Source: an uncultured Eubacteriales bacterium (lineage in GTDB: Bacteria; Bacillota; Peptococcia; Peptococcales; SKKY01). From it: DNA of 64,000 nucleotides. The stretch is from positions 9,166 to 73,165 of the forward strand of contig CAZXPJ010000006.1 of NCBI GenBank assembly GCA_964642925.1. The letters run 5' to 3'. This document shows, in pieces, positions 9,370 through 18,162 of the stretch. The notes under the pieces were generated by a model that saw only the letters and a program-made list of their open reading frames with translations, did no database searches and was not told the DNA's origin. Both the position numbers and the translations under genes were made by a program. The number at the start of each line of letters is the position of its first letter. Position 1 is the first letter of the stretch.

Positions 9370-9419
9370 AGTTAGAACTATAATTTTTTAAATAAAACAA
9401 AATTGAAAGAGGTGTAGAA

Positions 9420-10046
9420 ATGACGGTAAATAAAAAACAATTTGTTCTTAAAAAGATTCACTCTCTTTTAGGTGTAATACCTTTAGGAATCTTTTTAACT
9501 GAACATTTCATTGCAAATGCTTCAGTTCTATTTGGTATTGATAAATTTGAAGCAATAGTAAATTTTCTTGAGAACACACCATTTATTTGGGTTCTTGAGT
9601 GGGTTATTATCTTTATACCATTATTAATTCACGGACTATTAGGAGTTTATTTTGCTTTACAAGCAAAGCATAATGTTAAGAATTATGCTTACCCTAGTAA
9701 TATCTTCTTTACAGTCCAAAGATTATCTGGATTATATTTATTTGTATTCCTTATTTATCATATTTATTCAGTAAAAATTCATGCTTATTTAACCGGAGCA
9801 ACTTATGTGGATATTTTACAAGGACAATTTTCTAATCCACTTCTTTTCTTCTTATATTTTATATTTGTTATATCAGCCTCATTCCACTTAATGAATGGTT
9901 TGTATGGCTTTGCAATAAATTGGGGTATTGCCAGAGGAGAAAGATTTCAAAAAATTTGGCAAGGAATTACAGTCCTTTTATTTGCAGGATTTTCCGGTTT
10001 TTGGTTATTAGTGATGTTAGGCTTTTTAGGTCTTGTTCAGTTTTAA
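9420..10046 (+). CDS. sdhC: Succinate dehydrogenase/fumarate reductase cytochrome b subunit (B. subtilis di-haem type)
   Basis: 208 aa with 5 hydrophobic helices. Four spaced His residues (HSLLG, LIHGLLG, IYHIYS, SFHLMNG). It precedes the flavoprotein and Fe-S subunits. Confidence 0.8.
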   Translation: MTVNKKQFVLKKIHSLLGVIPLGIFLTEHFIANASVLFGIDKFEAIVNFLENTPFIWVLEWVIIFIPLLIHGLLGVYFALQAKHNVKNYAYPSNIFFTVQRLSGLYLFVFLIYHIYSVKIHAYLTGATYVDILQGQFSNPLLFFLYFIFVISASFHLMNGLYGFAINWGIARGERFQKIWQGITVLLFAGFSGFWLLVMLGFLGLVQF

Positions 10047-10074
10047 AAATCTATTGTTAGAGGAGGGTTAAATA

Positions 10075-11877
10075 ATGGCAAATAAAGTTATAGTCATTGG
10101 TGGCGGTCTTGCCGGCCTTATGGCTTCTTTAAAGGCTGTAGAGGCTGGTATGGATGTTCAAATATTTTCAGTAGTTCCAGTTAAGAGATCCCATTCAGTG
10201 TGTGCCCAAGGTGGTATAAACGGTGCATTACATACAAAGGGTGATGGTGATAATCCGGCTCAACATTTTTATGACACAATTTATGGTGGGGATTTTTTAG
10301 CCAACCAAACAGCAGCTAAGAATATGTGTGATGCAGCTCCAAGAATATTAGAATTATTTGATAGAATGGGAGTTCCTTTCACAAGAACTCCTGAAGGGAA
10401 CCTTGATTTCAGGCACTTCGGAGGACAAAAACTAGCAAGAACAGCTTTTGCTGGAGCATCAACAGGGCAACAATTAATGTATGCTATTGATGAGCAAATT
10501 AGAAGACTGGAAGATCAGGGTAAAGTTGAAAAATATGAAAATTGGGAATTTATTGGGACAATTATAGAAGATAATAAATGTGCTGGTATTGTAGCCCAAA
10601 ATATGTTTACCATGGATATTAAAGCCTTTCCTGCTGATGCGGTTATTGTTGCCACAGGTGGTCTTGGAGTTATTTTTGGCAGAAGTACAAATTCAACTAT
10701 TAATAATGGTAGTGCAGCTGGAATTGTCTATGCTCAAGGAGCTAAGTATGCAAATGCTGAGTTTATACAAATCCACCCAACGGCAATTCCTGGAGATGAT
10801 AAAAACAGATTAATGTCTGAATCAGCAAGGGGCGAGGGTGGTAGAATCTGGACTTATAAAGATGGAAAACCTTGGTATTTCTTAGAAGAAATGTACCCAG
10901 CCTATGGTAACTTAGTACCAAGAGATATTGCAACTAGAGCTATTTTCTCTGTTTGTATAGATCAAAAGTTAGGAATTAATGGAGAGAATCAAGTATATCT
11001 TGATTTAACTCATATTGATTCCCATGAACTTGATAGGAAACTAGGAGCTATTTTGGAAATTTATGAACAATTTGTAGGTGATGATCCTAGAAAAGTACCT
11101 ATGAGAATTTTCCCATCAGTGCATTATACTATGGGAGGAATCTGGAGTGATTTTAATACTCATATGACAAATATTCCTGGACTTTTTGCTTGTGGAGAAT
11201 GTGAATACTCTTATCATGGTGCAAACCGTTTAGGAGCTAATTCATTACTATCAGCTATTTATTCTGGTTCAGTAGCAGGACCAGCTGCAGCAGAATATAT
11301 TAAAGGACTTAGTAAGTCTGCAGCCGCAGATGCAAATTTGTTAGCAGCTGAAGAGAAAAAATACCAACAAGAATATACTGATATTCTTGCCATGCGTGGA
11401 ACAGAAAATCCATTTGTTCTTCATGATGAAATGGGTACTATAATGACTGAAAATGTAACTGTAGTTAGAGATAACAAAAAATTAGCTAATACCTTGGAAA
11501 TTTTAAAAGATTTTAAAGAAAGATATAAAAATATAAATTGTACTGATCAAAGTCTTATGGGAAACCAAACAGCTCTTCATATAAGAAGACTTAAATATAT
11601 GATAAATTTAGCTGAATTAATAACAGCCGGTGCTCTTGCGAGAAATGAAAGTAGAGGCGCTCATTATAAACCGGATTTCCCTGAGAGAAATGATGAGGAA
11701 TGGCTAAAAACTACTATAGGAACATATTCAGAAAATGGACCAATCCTTTCTTACGAAGAGATTGAATTAAGTCATATTAAACCTGTAAAAAGAGTATATG
11801 ATGTTGATAATACTAGTGGCAAAGGAAAAGAACTAGAAGACAAGGAAGAAATTGCATGTGAGGAGGGTAAAGAATGA
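10075..11877 (+). CDS. sdhA: Succinate dehydrogenase/fumarate reductase flavoprotein subunit
   Basis: VIVIGGGLAGLMA dinucleotide fold, RSHSVCAQGGING (covalent FAD His context), HPTA, RGEGG and HGANRLGANSL. Confidence 0.93.
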   Translation: MANKVIVIGGGLAGLMASLKAVEAGMDVQIFSVVPVKRSHSVCAQGGINGALHTKGDGDNPAQHFYDTIYGGDFLANQTAAKNMCDAAPRILELFDRMGVPFTRTPEGNLDFRHFGGQKLARTAFAGASTGQQLMYAIDEQIRRLEDQGKVEKYENWEFIGTIIEDNKCAGIVAQNMFTMDIKAFPADAVIVATGGLGVIFGRSTNSTINNGSAAGIVYAQGAKYANAEFIQIHPTAIPGDDKNRLMSESARGEGGRIWTYKDGKPWYFLEEMYPAYGNLVPRDIATRAIFSVCIDQKLGINGENQVYLDLTHIDSHELDRKLGAILEIYEQFVGDDPRKVPMRIFPSVHYTMGGIWSDFNTHMTNIPGLFACGECEYSYHGANRLGANSLLSAIYSGSVAGPAAAEYIKGLSKSAAADANLLAAEEKKYQQEYTDILAMRGTENPFVLHDEMGTIMTENVTVVRDNKKLANTLEILKDFKERYKNINCTDQSLMGNQTALHIRRLKYMINLAELITAGALARNESRGAHYKPDFPERNDEEWLKTTIGTYSENGPILSYEEIELSHIKPVKRVYDVDNTSGKGKELEDKEEIACEEGKE

Positions 11878-12617
11878 AGACTGTTCGTTTGAAGATAAAA
11901 AGAAGAGAAAATGAAAATGCTTCAAGTTACTGGGAAGAATTTGAAATTCCATATAGACCGGCAATGAATGTTATTTCTTGTCTTATGGCAATTCAAAAAA
12001 ATCCTGTAAATGCCCAAGGTGAAGTTACAACTCCGGTTGCTTTTGAAAGTAATTGTCTTGAAGAAGTATGTGGTTCTTGTTCAATGGTTATCAATGGTAA
12101 AGCAAGACAAGCTTGTTCCGCCCTGATAGATACTTTAAAACAACCTATAACATTAGAGCCAATGGATAAATTTAAGGTTATTAGAGATTTATACATTGAT
12201 AGACAAGCTTTTTTTGACGCTCTAAGAAAAGTTAAGGCATGGGTTGATATAGATGGTAGTCAGGAATTAGGCCAAGGACCTAGATATTCAAGACAAGTAC
12301 AAGAATTACGGTATGACATTTCAAGATGTATGACTTGTGGAGTATGTGGACAGGTTTGTCCAAATTATAGTTCAAATACAAAATTTCTTGGACCTCATAT
12401 TGCTCCTCAAGTAGTAAGCTTTAATCTCCACCCTAATGGAGCATTTAATAAGGAAGAAAGATTAGAAGCATTAATGGATGAAGGCGGAATATTTGAATGT
12501 GGGAATTCTCAAAACTGCATTCCCTCTTGTCCTAAGAGTATTCCTTTAAGACAATCTATAGCAAAAGTTAAATCTGATGTAACTTGGTCAGGAATAAAAT
12601 CTTTGTTTAATAAATAA
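11874..12617 (+). CDS. sdhB: Succinate dehydrogenase/fumarate reductase iron-sulfur subunit
   Basis: Cys clusters CLEEVCGSCSM, CMTCGVCGQVCP and CGNSQNCIPSCP. ATGA overlap with sdhA. Confidence 0.9.
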   Translation: MKTVRLKIKRRENENASSYWEEFEIPYRPAMNVISCLMAIQKNPVNAQGEVTTPVAFESNCLEEVCGSCSMVINGKARQACSALIDTLKQPITLEPMDKFKVIRDLYIDRQAFFDALRKVKAWVDIDGSQELGQGPRYSRQVQELRYDISRCMTCGVCGQVCPNYSSNTKFLGPHIAPQVVSFNLHPNGAFNKEERLEALMDEGGIFECGNSQNCIPSCPKSIPLRQSIAKVKSDVTWSGIKSLFNK

Positions 12618-12682
12618 AAATTTATGATAAAATTAACATTGTAAATTAATTAAATATTTTAAAATTATGTGGAGGTGTTCTG

Positions 12683-13528
12683 ATGCGTGAAGTAAATGTA
12701 AATTTAATTACAGAAAAAGTTCGAGAATTATGCATGACATCTAACTTTGATTTACCAGAAGACGTAGAATGCAAGCTAAAAGAAGGTTATGAAAAAGAAG
12801 AATCTCCTTTTGGAAAGTATTCTATGCAGCAAGTAATGGATAACATAAAAATTGCGAGAGATGATAATATTGCTATTTGTCAGGATACAGGTTTGGCAGT
12901 AATATTTATGGAAATTGGTCAAGATGTTCATCTTACTGGAGGGGATTTAACAACTGCTGTTGACGAAGGAGTAAGACAAGGCTTTAAAGATGGTTACTTA
13001 AGAAATTCAGCTGTTACTGATCCAATTTTCGAAAGAAAAAATACAGGAGATAATACTCCAGCATTACTTTATACAGACATCGTTCCAGGGGATAAAATTA
13101 AAATAACCGTTGTTCCTAAAGGCGGGGGAGCAGAGAATATGAGTCAAATGAAAATGCTTAAACCTGCTGAAGGTGTTGAAGGTGTTAAAAAATTTGTAGT
13201 AGAATCTGTTGTTAATGCAGGTGGAAACCCCTGTCCTCCAGTAGTTGTTGGAGTTGGTGTAGGGGGAACCATAGAGAAAACTGCGTATCTTGCAAAAAAA
13301 TCTTTAATTAGAGAAGCTGGTAAACCTAATGCAAACCCTTTATATGCAAAGCTTGAAGAAGAAATTCTTGAAGAAATAAATAAATCAGGCGTAGGCCCTC
13401 AAGGCTTAGGAGGAAGATTTACAGCTTTTGCTGTTCATATAGAATATTTCCCAGCTCATATAGCCTCAATGCCTGTTGTAGTCAATCTTAATTGTCATGC
13501 TGCAAGACACAAAGAAGCAATTATATAA
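12683..13528 (+). CDS. fumA: Class I (Fe-S) fumarate hydratase, alpha subunit (N-terminal domain type; TtdA homologue)
   Basis: ICQDTGLAV and PKGGGAENMS motifs in a 281-aa protein. It is followed by the matching beta subunit. Confidence 0.85.
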   Translation: MREVNVNLITEKVRELCMTSNFDLPEDVECKLKEGYEKEESPFGKYSMQQVMDNIKIARDDNIAICQDTGLAVIFMEIGQDVHLTGGDLTTAVDEGVRQGFKDGYLRNSAVTDPIFERKNTGDNTPALLYTDIVPGDKIKITVVPKGGGAENMSQMKMLKPAEGVEGVKKFVVESVVNAGGNPCPPVVVGVGVGGTIEKTAYLAKKSLIREAGKPNANPLYAKLEEEILEEINKSGVGPQGLGGRFTAFAVHIEYFPAHIASMPVVVNLNCHAARHKEAII

Positions 13529-13547
13529 TTAGAAAGGGTGTGTATTA

Positions 13548-14102
13548 ATGTCAGAGATTAAAAAACTAACTACTCCATTAACAGAAGACCAAATTATTGG
13601 TTTAAAAGCTGGTGACCAAGCTACTATTACTGGAACGATATATACAGGTCGTGATGCGGCTCATAAAAATATAGTTAAAGCTTTAAAAGAAGGTACGGAG
13701 CTTCCTTTCGATCTAAAAAATCAAATTATTTATTATGTAGGACCTTGCCCAGCTAAACCGGGTCATGCCATGGGCTCAGCTGGACCTACAACCAGTGGTC
13801 GTATGGATTCTCTTACAGATGCACTTTTAAGTGTTGGCTTAAAAGGTATGATTGGCAAGGGTCCTAGAAGTGCTGAAGTAATTGAATCAATGAAAAAAAA
13901 CAAAGCTGTTTATTTTGCCGCTACTGGTGGTACGGGAGCTTTAATTGCTAAATCTGTAAAAAAATCTGAGGTAATAGCTTATCCTGAATTAGGACCAGAA
14001 GCAATTTACAAACTTGAAGTAGTGGATTTTCCAGTAGTTGTTGCAATTGATATTGAAGGAAATGATCAGTATAAAATAGGCAAATCTGATTACGCTATAT
14101 AA
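13548..14102 (+). CDS. fumB: Class I fumarate hydratase, beta subunit (C-terminal domain type; TtdB homologue)
   Basis: 184 aa with GTIYTGRDAAHK and GPTTSGRMD motifs. Confidence 0.85.
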   Translation: MSEIKKLTTPLTEDQIIGLKAGDQATITGTIYTGRDAAHKNIVKALKEGTELPFDLKNQIIYYVGPCPAKPGHAMGSAGPTTSGRMDSLTDALLSVGLKGMIGKGPRSAEVIESMKKNKAVYFAATGGTGALIAKSVKKSEVIAYPELGPEAIYKLEVVDFPVVVAIDIEGNDQYKIGKSDYAI

Positions 14103-14134
14103 TAAAAAACTAATTTTAGAGAGGAAGTTTATTA

Positions 14135-15313
14135 ATGGATGTTAAAGAAATGGCTTTAAAACTTCACGAAGATAATAAAGGAAAAATAAGTGTTGAATCT
14201 AAAGTAGCAATAAATACTCCTGAAGATCTTGCTTTAGCTTATACACCAGGAGTTGCTGAACCTTGTAAAAAAATTGATGCTAATAAAGATGATGTATACA
14301 AATATACTGCAAAAGGTAATATGGTAGCAGTAGTTTCTGATGGATCAGCAGTTTTAGGATTAGGTAATATAGGTCCAGAAGGTGCATTACCTGTAATGGA
14401 AGGTAAATCAATTTTATTTAAAGAGTTTGCTGGAGTAAATGCTTTTCCAATTTGTCTTGATACTCAAGATACTGAAGAAATTATTAAAACAGTTAAATAC
14501 CTTGCCCCAGTTTTTGGGGGAATAAATCTTGAAGACATTGCTGCTCCTAGATGTTTTATAATTGAAGAAAGACTTAAAAAAGAACTTGATATTCCTGTTT
14601 TTCATGATGACCAACATGGTACAGCAATATGTGTTCTATCAGCTATAATCAACGCTTGTAAAGTGACAGAAAGAAAAATTGAAGATCTATCAGTAGTAAT
14701 AAATGGTGTTGGTGCTGCTGGAACAGCTATAGCAAATATTTTATTAAATGCTGGTATAACAAAAATGTATTTAGTAGATAAAAATGGTATCTTAAATCCA
14801 GATATTAAAGAAACTATGTTGCACTCAGAACACGAAGTAATGGCTAAAAAAACCAATCCAGATAAAAGAAGTGGAGATTTAGCTGAAGCTCTTAAAGGAG
14901 TAGACGCATTTGTTGGAGTAAGTGCTCCTGGTTTAGTAACTACAGAGATGGTTAAAACTATGAATAAAGATTCTATTGTAATAGCTATGGCTAATCCAGT
15001 TCCTGAAATATATCCTGATGAGGCTAAAGCAGGAGGTGCTAAAGTAGTTGGAACAGGTCGTTCAGACTTCCCTAACCAAGTAAATAATGTATTAGCATTC
15101 CCTGGTATTTTTAAAGGTGCTTTAGAAGTACGTGCTAAAGATATAACTGAGGAAATGAAGATTGCAGCAGCCTATGCTATAGCAAGCTATATTCCTGATT
15201 CCGAATTATCAGATGTAAATATAATGCCAAAGGCTCTTGATAAAAATGTAGCTAATGCAGTTGCTAAAGCAGTAGCAGATAAAGCAAAAGAACAAGGTGT
15301 AAACAGAATTTAA
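14135..15313 (+). CDS. NAD(P)-dependent malic enzyme (short form, no PTA domain)
   Basis: LALAYTPGVA, VVSDGSAVLGLGNIG, FHDDQHGTA and INGVGAAG motifs. Confidence 0.9.
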   Translation: MDVKEMALKLHEDNKGKISVESKVAINTPEDLALAYTPGVAEPCKKIDANKDDVYKYTAKGNMVAVVSDGSAVLGLGNIGPEGALPVMEGKSILFKEFAGVNAFPICLDTQDTEEIIKTVKYLAPVFGGINLEDIAAPRCFIIEERLKKELDIPVFHDDQHGTAICVLSAIINACKVTERKIEDLSVVINGVGAAGTAIANILLNAGITKMYLVDKNGILNPDIKETMLHSEHEVMAKKTNPDKRSGDLAEALKGVDAFVGVSAPGLVTTEMVKTMNKDSIVIAMANPVPEIYPDEAKAGGAKVVGTGRSDFPNQVNNVLAFPGIFKGALEVRAKDITEEMKIAAAYAIASYIPDSELSDVNIMPKALDKNVANAVAKAVADKAKEQGVNRI

Positions 15314-15330
15314 TTTAATGTGAATCATAA

Positions 15331-15360
15331 AAGGAAGCAACTTGTTGCTTCCTTTTATTT
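15331..15360 (+). terminator. Intrinsic terminator after the malic enzyme gene
   Basis: AAGGAAGCAAC..GTTGCTTCCTT hairpin followed by TTATTT. Confidence 0.8.
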
Positions 15361-15361
15361 A

Positions 15362-15389
15362 TGTACAAAACCACATATATTGATATAAT
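15362..15389 (+). promoter_or_regulatory. Putative extended -10 promoter for ung
   Basis: TGTACA, 16-nt spacer, TGATATAAT (TGnTATAAT form). It lies about 30 nt upstream of the ung SD. Confidence 0.45.
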
Positions 15390-15421
15390 GAAGAAGGAGA
15401 GTTTGTGCGGAGGATAAATCT

Positions 15422-16078
15422 ATGGATAATGAATGGAAAAGAATATTAGAAGAAGAATTTGATAAAGAATATTATATTGAATTAAAATATTTTTTAAATG
15501 AAGAATATTCTAAACATAAAATTTATCCTAAGAGAGAGGAAGTTTTTTCTGCTCTTAATTATGCATCTTTTAAAGAAACAAAAATTATTATAATTGGGCA
15601 GGATCCCTATCATGGGGAGAATCAATCTCATGGTTTAGCTTTTTCAGTTAAACCAGAGAATAAAATACCACCATCTTTAAATAATATATATAAAGAACTC
15701 TCCACTGATTTAGGTATACATATACCAGATAAAGGTTACCTTTTACCTTGGGCAAAACAAGGAGTTCTTCTTTTAAATTCCGTTCTTACTGTTAGAGCAG
15801 GAGAAGCTAATTCTCATAAAAACAAAGGTTGGGAAATATTTACGGATAAATTAATTTTTGAACTTAATTTATCTAAAGAACCTAAAGTGTTTATGTTATG
15901 GGGTAAATATGCTCAACAGAAAGAGATATTCATAACAAATGAAAACCATCTAATTTTAAAAGCAGCTCATCCTAGTCCGTTATCAGCAAAAAGGGGTTTT
16001 TTTGGGTGCAAACATTTTTCTAAGGCAAATAAATTTTTGAAAGAAAAAAATCTGCCCGAGATTAATTGGAGCTTATAA
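15422..16078 (+). CDS. ung: Uracil-DNA glycosylase (family 1)
   Basis: GQDPYHG water-activating loop and HPSPLSA motif; 218 aa. Confidence 0.93.
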   Translation: MDNEWKRILEEEFDKEYYIELKYFLNEEYSKHKIYPKREEVFSALNYASFKETKIIIIGQDPYHGENQSHGLAFSVKPENKIPPSLNNIYKELSTDLGIHIPDKGYLLPWAKQGVLLLNSVLTVRAGEANSHKNKGWEIFTDKLIFELNLSKEPKVFMLWGKYAQQKEIFITNENHLILKAAHPSPLSAKRGFFGCKHFSKANKFLKEKNLPEINWSL

Positions 16079-16095
16079 AAGGAGGACATTAAAGT

Positions 16096-16557
16096 ATGGC
16101 TCAAAAAAGAATATGTAGGGTAGCTGGAATAACAATAAAGAATGATCATGTTTTAATCCACAGGAGAAAGAAAGATAACTATTGGACTTTCCCAGGTGGA
16201 GGATGTAAATTTTATGAGACAACTACAGATGCTTTAGAGAGGGAATATCATTCTGAAATTGATGCAAATATAAAAATTAAAAGACTAGTTTTTATAGTAG
16301 AGAATTTATATTTCAAAAAAAATATTCCAAATCACGAAATTGAATTTTTTTATGAAATTGAAATGGATAATCATTTTGAACCTAGTCAAGAATATTTCTA
16401 TGGTAAAGAAGGTGAAGATACATTGGTTTTCTTCTGGTGTCCTTTAGATCAAGTAGAAAACATTAAATTATATCCTAAATGCCTTCGTAAAATTATAAAA
16501 GATCTACCAGAAAACATAGTACATGTAATAAATAAAAATGAGGAAAAGCCTAAATGA
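16096..16557 (+). CDS. Nudix hydrolase
   Basis: Nudix box GGGCKFYETTTDALEREYHSEI (Gx5Ex7REx2E pattern); 153 aa. Confidence 0.75.
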   Translation: MAQKRICRVAGITIKNDHVLIHRRKKDNYWTFPGGGCKFYETTTDALEREYHSEIDANIKIKRLVFIVENLYFKKNIPNHEIEFFYEIEMDNHFEPSQEYFYGKEGEDTLVFFWCPLDQVENIKLYPKCLRKIIKDLPENIVHVINKNEEKPK

Positions 16558-16568
16558 AATTAGAATGA

Positions 16569-16597
16569 TTGTAAATATCGTAAAACGATGTTATAAT
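16569..16597 (+). promoter_or_regulatory. Sigma-A promoter with extended -10 for the DEAD-box helicase
   Basis: TTGTAA (16569-16574), 17-nt spacer, TGTTATAAT (-10 at 16592-16597). Confidence 0.6.
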
Positions 16598-16635
16598 AAA
16601 CTGTTGTCATACAGAAATATAAAAATTTTTTAGAG

Positions 16636-18144
16636 GTGAATAAAATTAGAATTACAGAATTAACTTGCTCTCCTGAAATAATCAGGGGATTAAAAGAAAT
16701 GGGTTTTGAAGAAACAACTCCCATTCAAACTCAAACCATCCCTTTAATTTTAGAGGGTAAAGATGTTGTTGGACAGGCACAGACAGGTACAGGCAAAACA
16801 GCAGCCTTTGCAATACCAGTGTTAGAAAAAGTAGATCCAAAAGACAGAAGCACACAAGCTTTAATATTATGCCCAACTAGGGAATTAGCAATTCAAATAT
16901 CCGAAGAATTTGCAAAAATAGGAAAATATAAAGAAAATATAAAAGTTCTTCCTGTTTTTGGGGGACAATCTATAGATAGACAAATTCTAAGATTAAAACA
17001 AGGTGTTCAAGTAGTAATAGGAACTCCTGGGCGTATAATGGATCATTTAAGAAGAAAAACTCTTAAAATTAATAATTTAAAAATGTTTGTTTTAGATGAA
17101 GCTGATGAAATGCTAAATATGGGTTTCAGAGAAGATATTGAAACCATCCTTGAAAGTTCTACAGGGGAAAGGCAGACTCTTCTTTTTTCAGCTACTATGC
17201 CGAAAGAGATTCTTAATATAATTAATAAATTTCAAAAAGATCCTGAAATAATTAAAGTGACTAGAAAAGAATTGACTACTCCTAATATCAAACAACATTA
17301 TGTTATGATTCATGAAAAAGATAAATTAGATGTTTTGGGAAGATTTCTAGATGCTTATGAACCAAAAAGATCTATAGTTTTTTGTAATACAAAAAGACAA
17401 GTAGATAATATTACTGGTGATCTACAAACTAGAGGTTATACTACAGACAAGATTCATGGTGATATGACACAACAATCTAGACTTAGTGTTATTAATAAAT
17501 TTAAAACAGGTGATATTGAGATTCTAGTTGCAACTGATGTTGCAGCAAGAGGATTAGATATAAATGATGTTGAATCAGTATTTAATTATGATATACCAAC
17601 TCATGATGAATATTATGTACATCGTATTGGTAGGACTGGAAGAGCTGGTAAAGATGGTTTAGCTGTTTCATTTGTAACTATGAGAGAGTTTTATCTTTTA
17701 AAAAATATTATGGTTTATACTAAACAAAAAATAGAGAAAATCAGTATCCCGAACCTTAAAGATATTGAATCTATCAAAACCGATGCTTTAACGGAGAAAA
17801 TTAAAAGCTCTATTGATGAAGGCAATTTACAGCCTTATCTTGCTATTTTAGACAATATTATGAGCGATGACCACAGTTCTATTGAAATTGCTGCTGCTCT
17901 TCTTAAAATGGAACTGGGTAACCTTAATTCCACTAATAGTAAGAGCGATCCAATTAAAGAAGTATATATTGATGAAAAAAGATACTCAAAACCAAGAAAT
18001 TATTCCTCGGATAGAAAAAACAGAGGAAGAAGCTATTCAGGTAGTTCTGGATCAGGCAAGTCTTCTGGAAGGCCATCAAGTAAATCAAAAAAAACTACTG
18101 ACTATAAGCCAAAAAGAAGTCCATCGAGGAAAAAAGATTATTAA
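16636..18144 (+). CDS. cshA: DEAD-box ATP-dependent RNA helicase (CshA/DeaD type) with a basic Ser/Arg/Lys-rich C-terminal tail
   Basis: Q motif GFEETTPIQ, AQTGTGKT, DEAD, SAT and HRIGRTGRAG. There is no in-frame ATG before the Q motif, so the start must be GTG at 16636 or a nearby non-ATG codon. Confidence 0.92.
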   Translation: MNKIRITELTCSPEIIRGLKEMGFEETTPIQTQTIPLILEGKDVVGQAQTGTGKTAAFAIPVLEKVDPKDRSTQALILCPTRELAIQISEEFAKIGKYKENIKVLPVFGGQSIDRQILRLKQGVQVVIGTPGRIMDHLRRKTLKINNLKMFVLDEADEMLNMGFREDIETILESSTGERQTLLFSATMPKEILNIINKFQKDPEIIKVTRKELTTPNIKQHYVMIHEKDKLDVLGRFLDAYEPKRSIVFCNTKRQVDNITGDLQTRGYTTDKIHGDMTQQSRLSVINKFKTGDIEILVATDVAARGLDINDVESVFNYDIPTHDEYYVHRIGRTGRAGKDGLAVSFVTMREFYLLKNIMVYTKQKIEKISIPNLKDIESIKTDALTEKIKSSIDEGNLQPYLAILDNIMSDDHSSIEIAAALLKMELGNLNSTNSKSDPIKEVYIDEKRYSKPRNYSSDRKNRGRSYSGSSGSGKSSGRPSSKSKKTTDYKPKRSPSRKKDY

Positions 18145-18162
18145 AAACATTTAAAACAAGGA

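Noticed and set aside
17867-18154. 95-aa same-strand alternative-frame ORF over the C-terminal tail of the DEAD-box helicase.
   Set aside because: The helicase frame is continuous and ends in a typical basic Ser/Arg/Lys tail. The alternative frame has no SD and is a by-product of the repetitive AAG/AGA-rich sequence.
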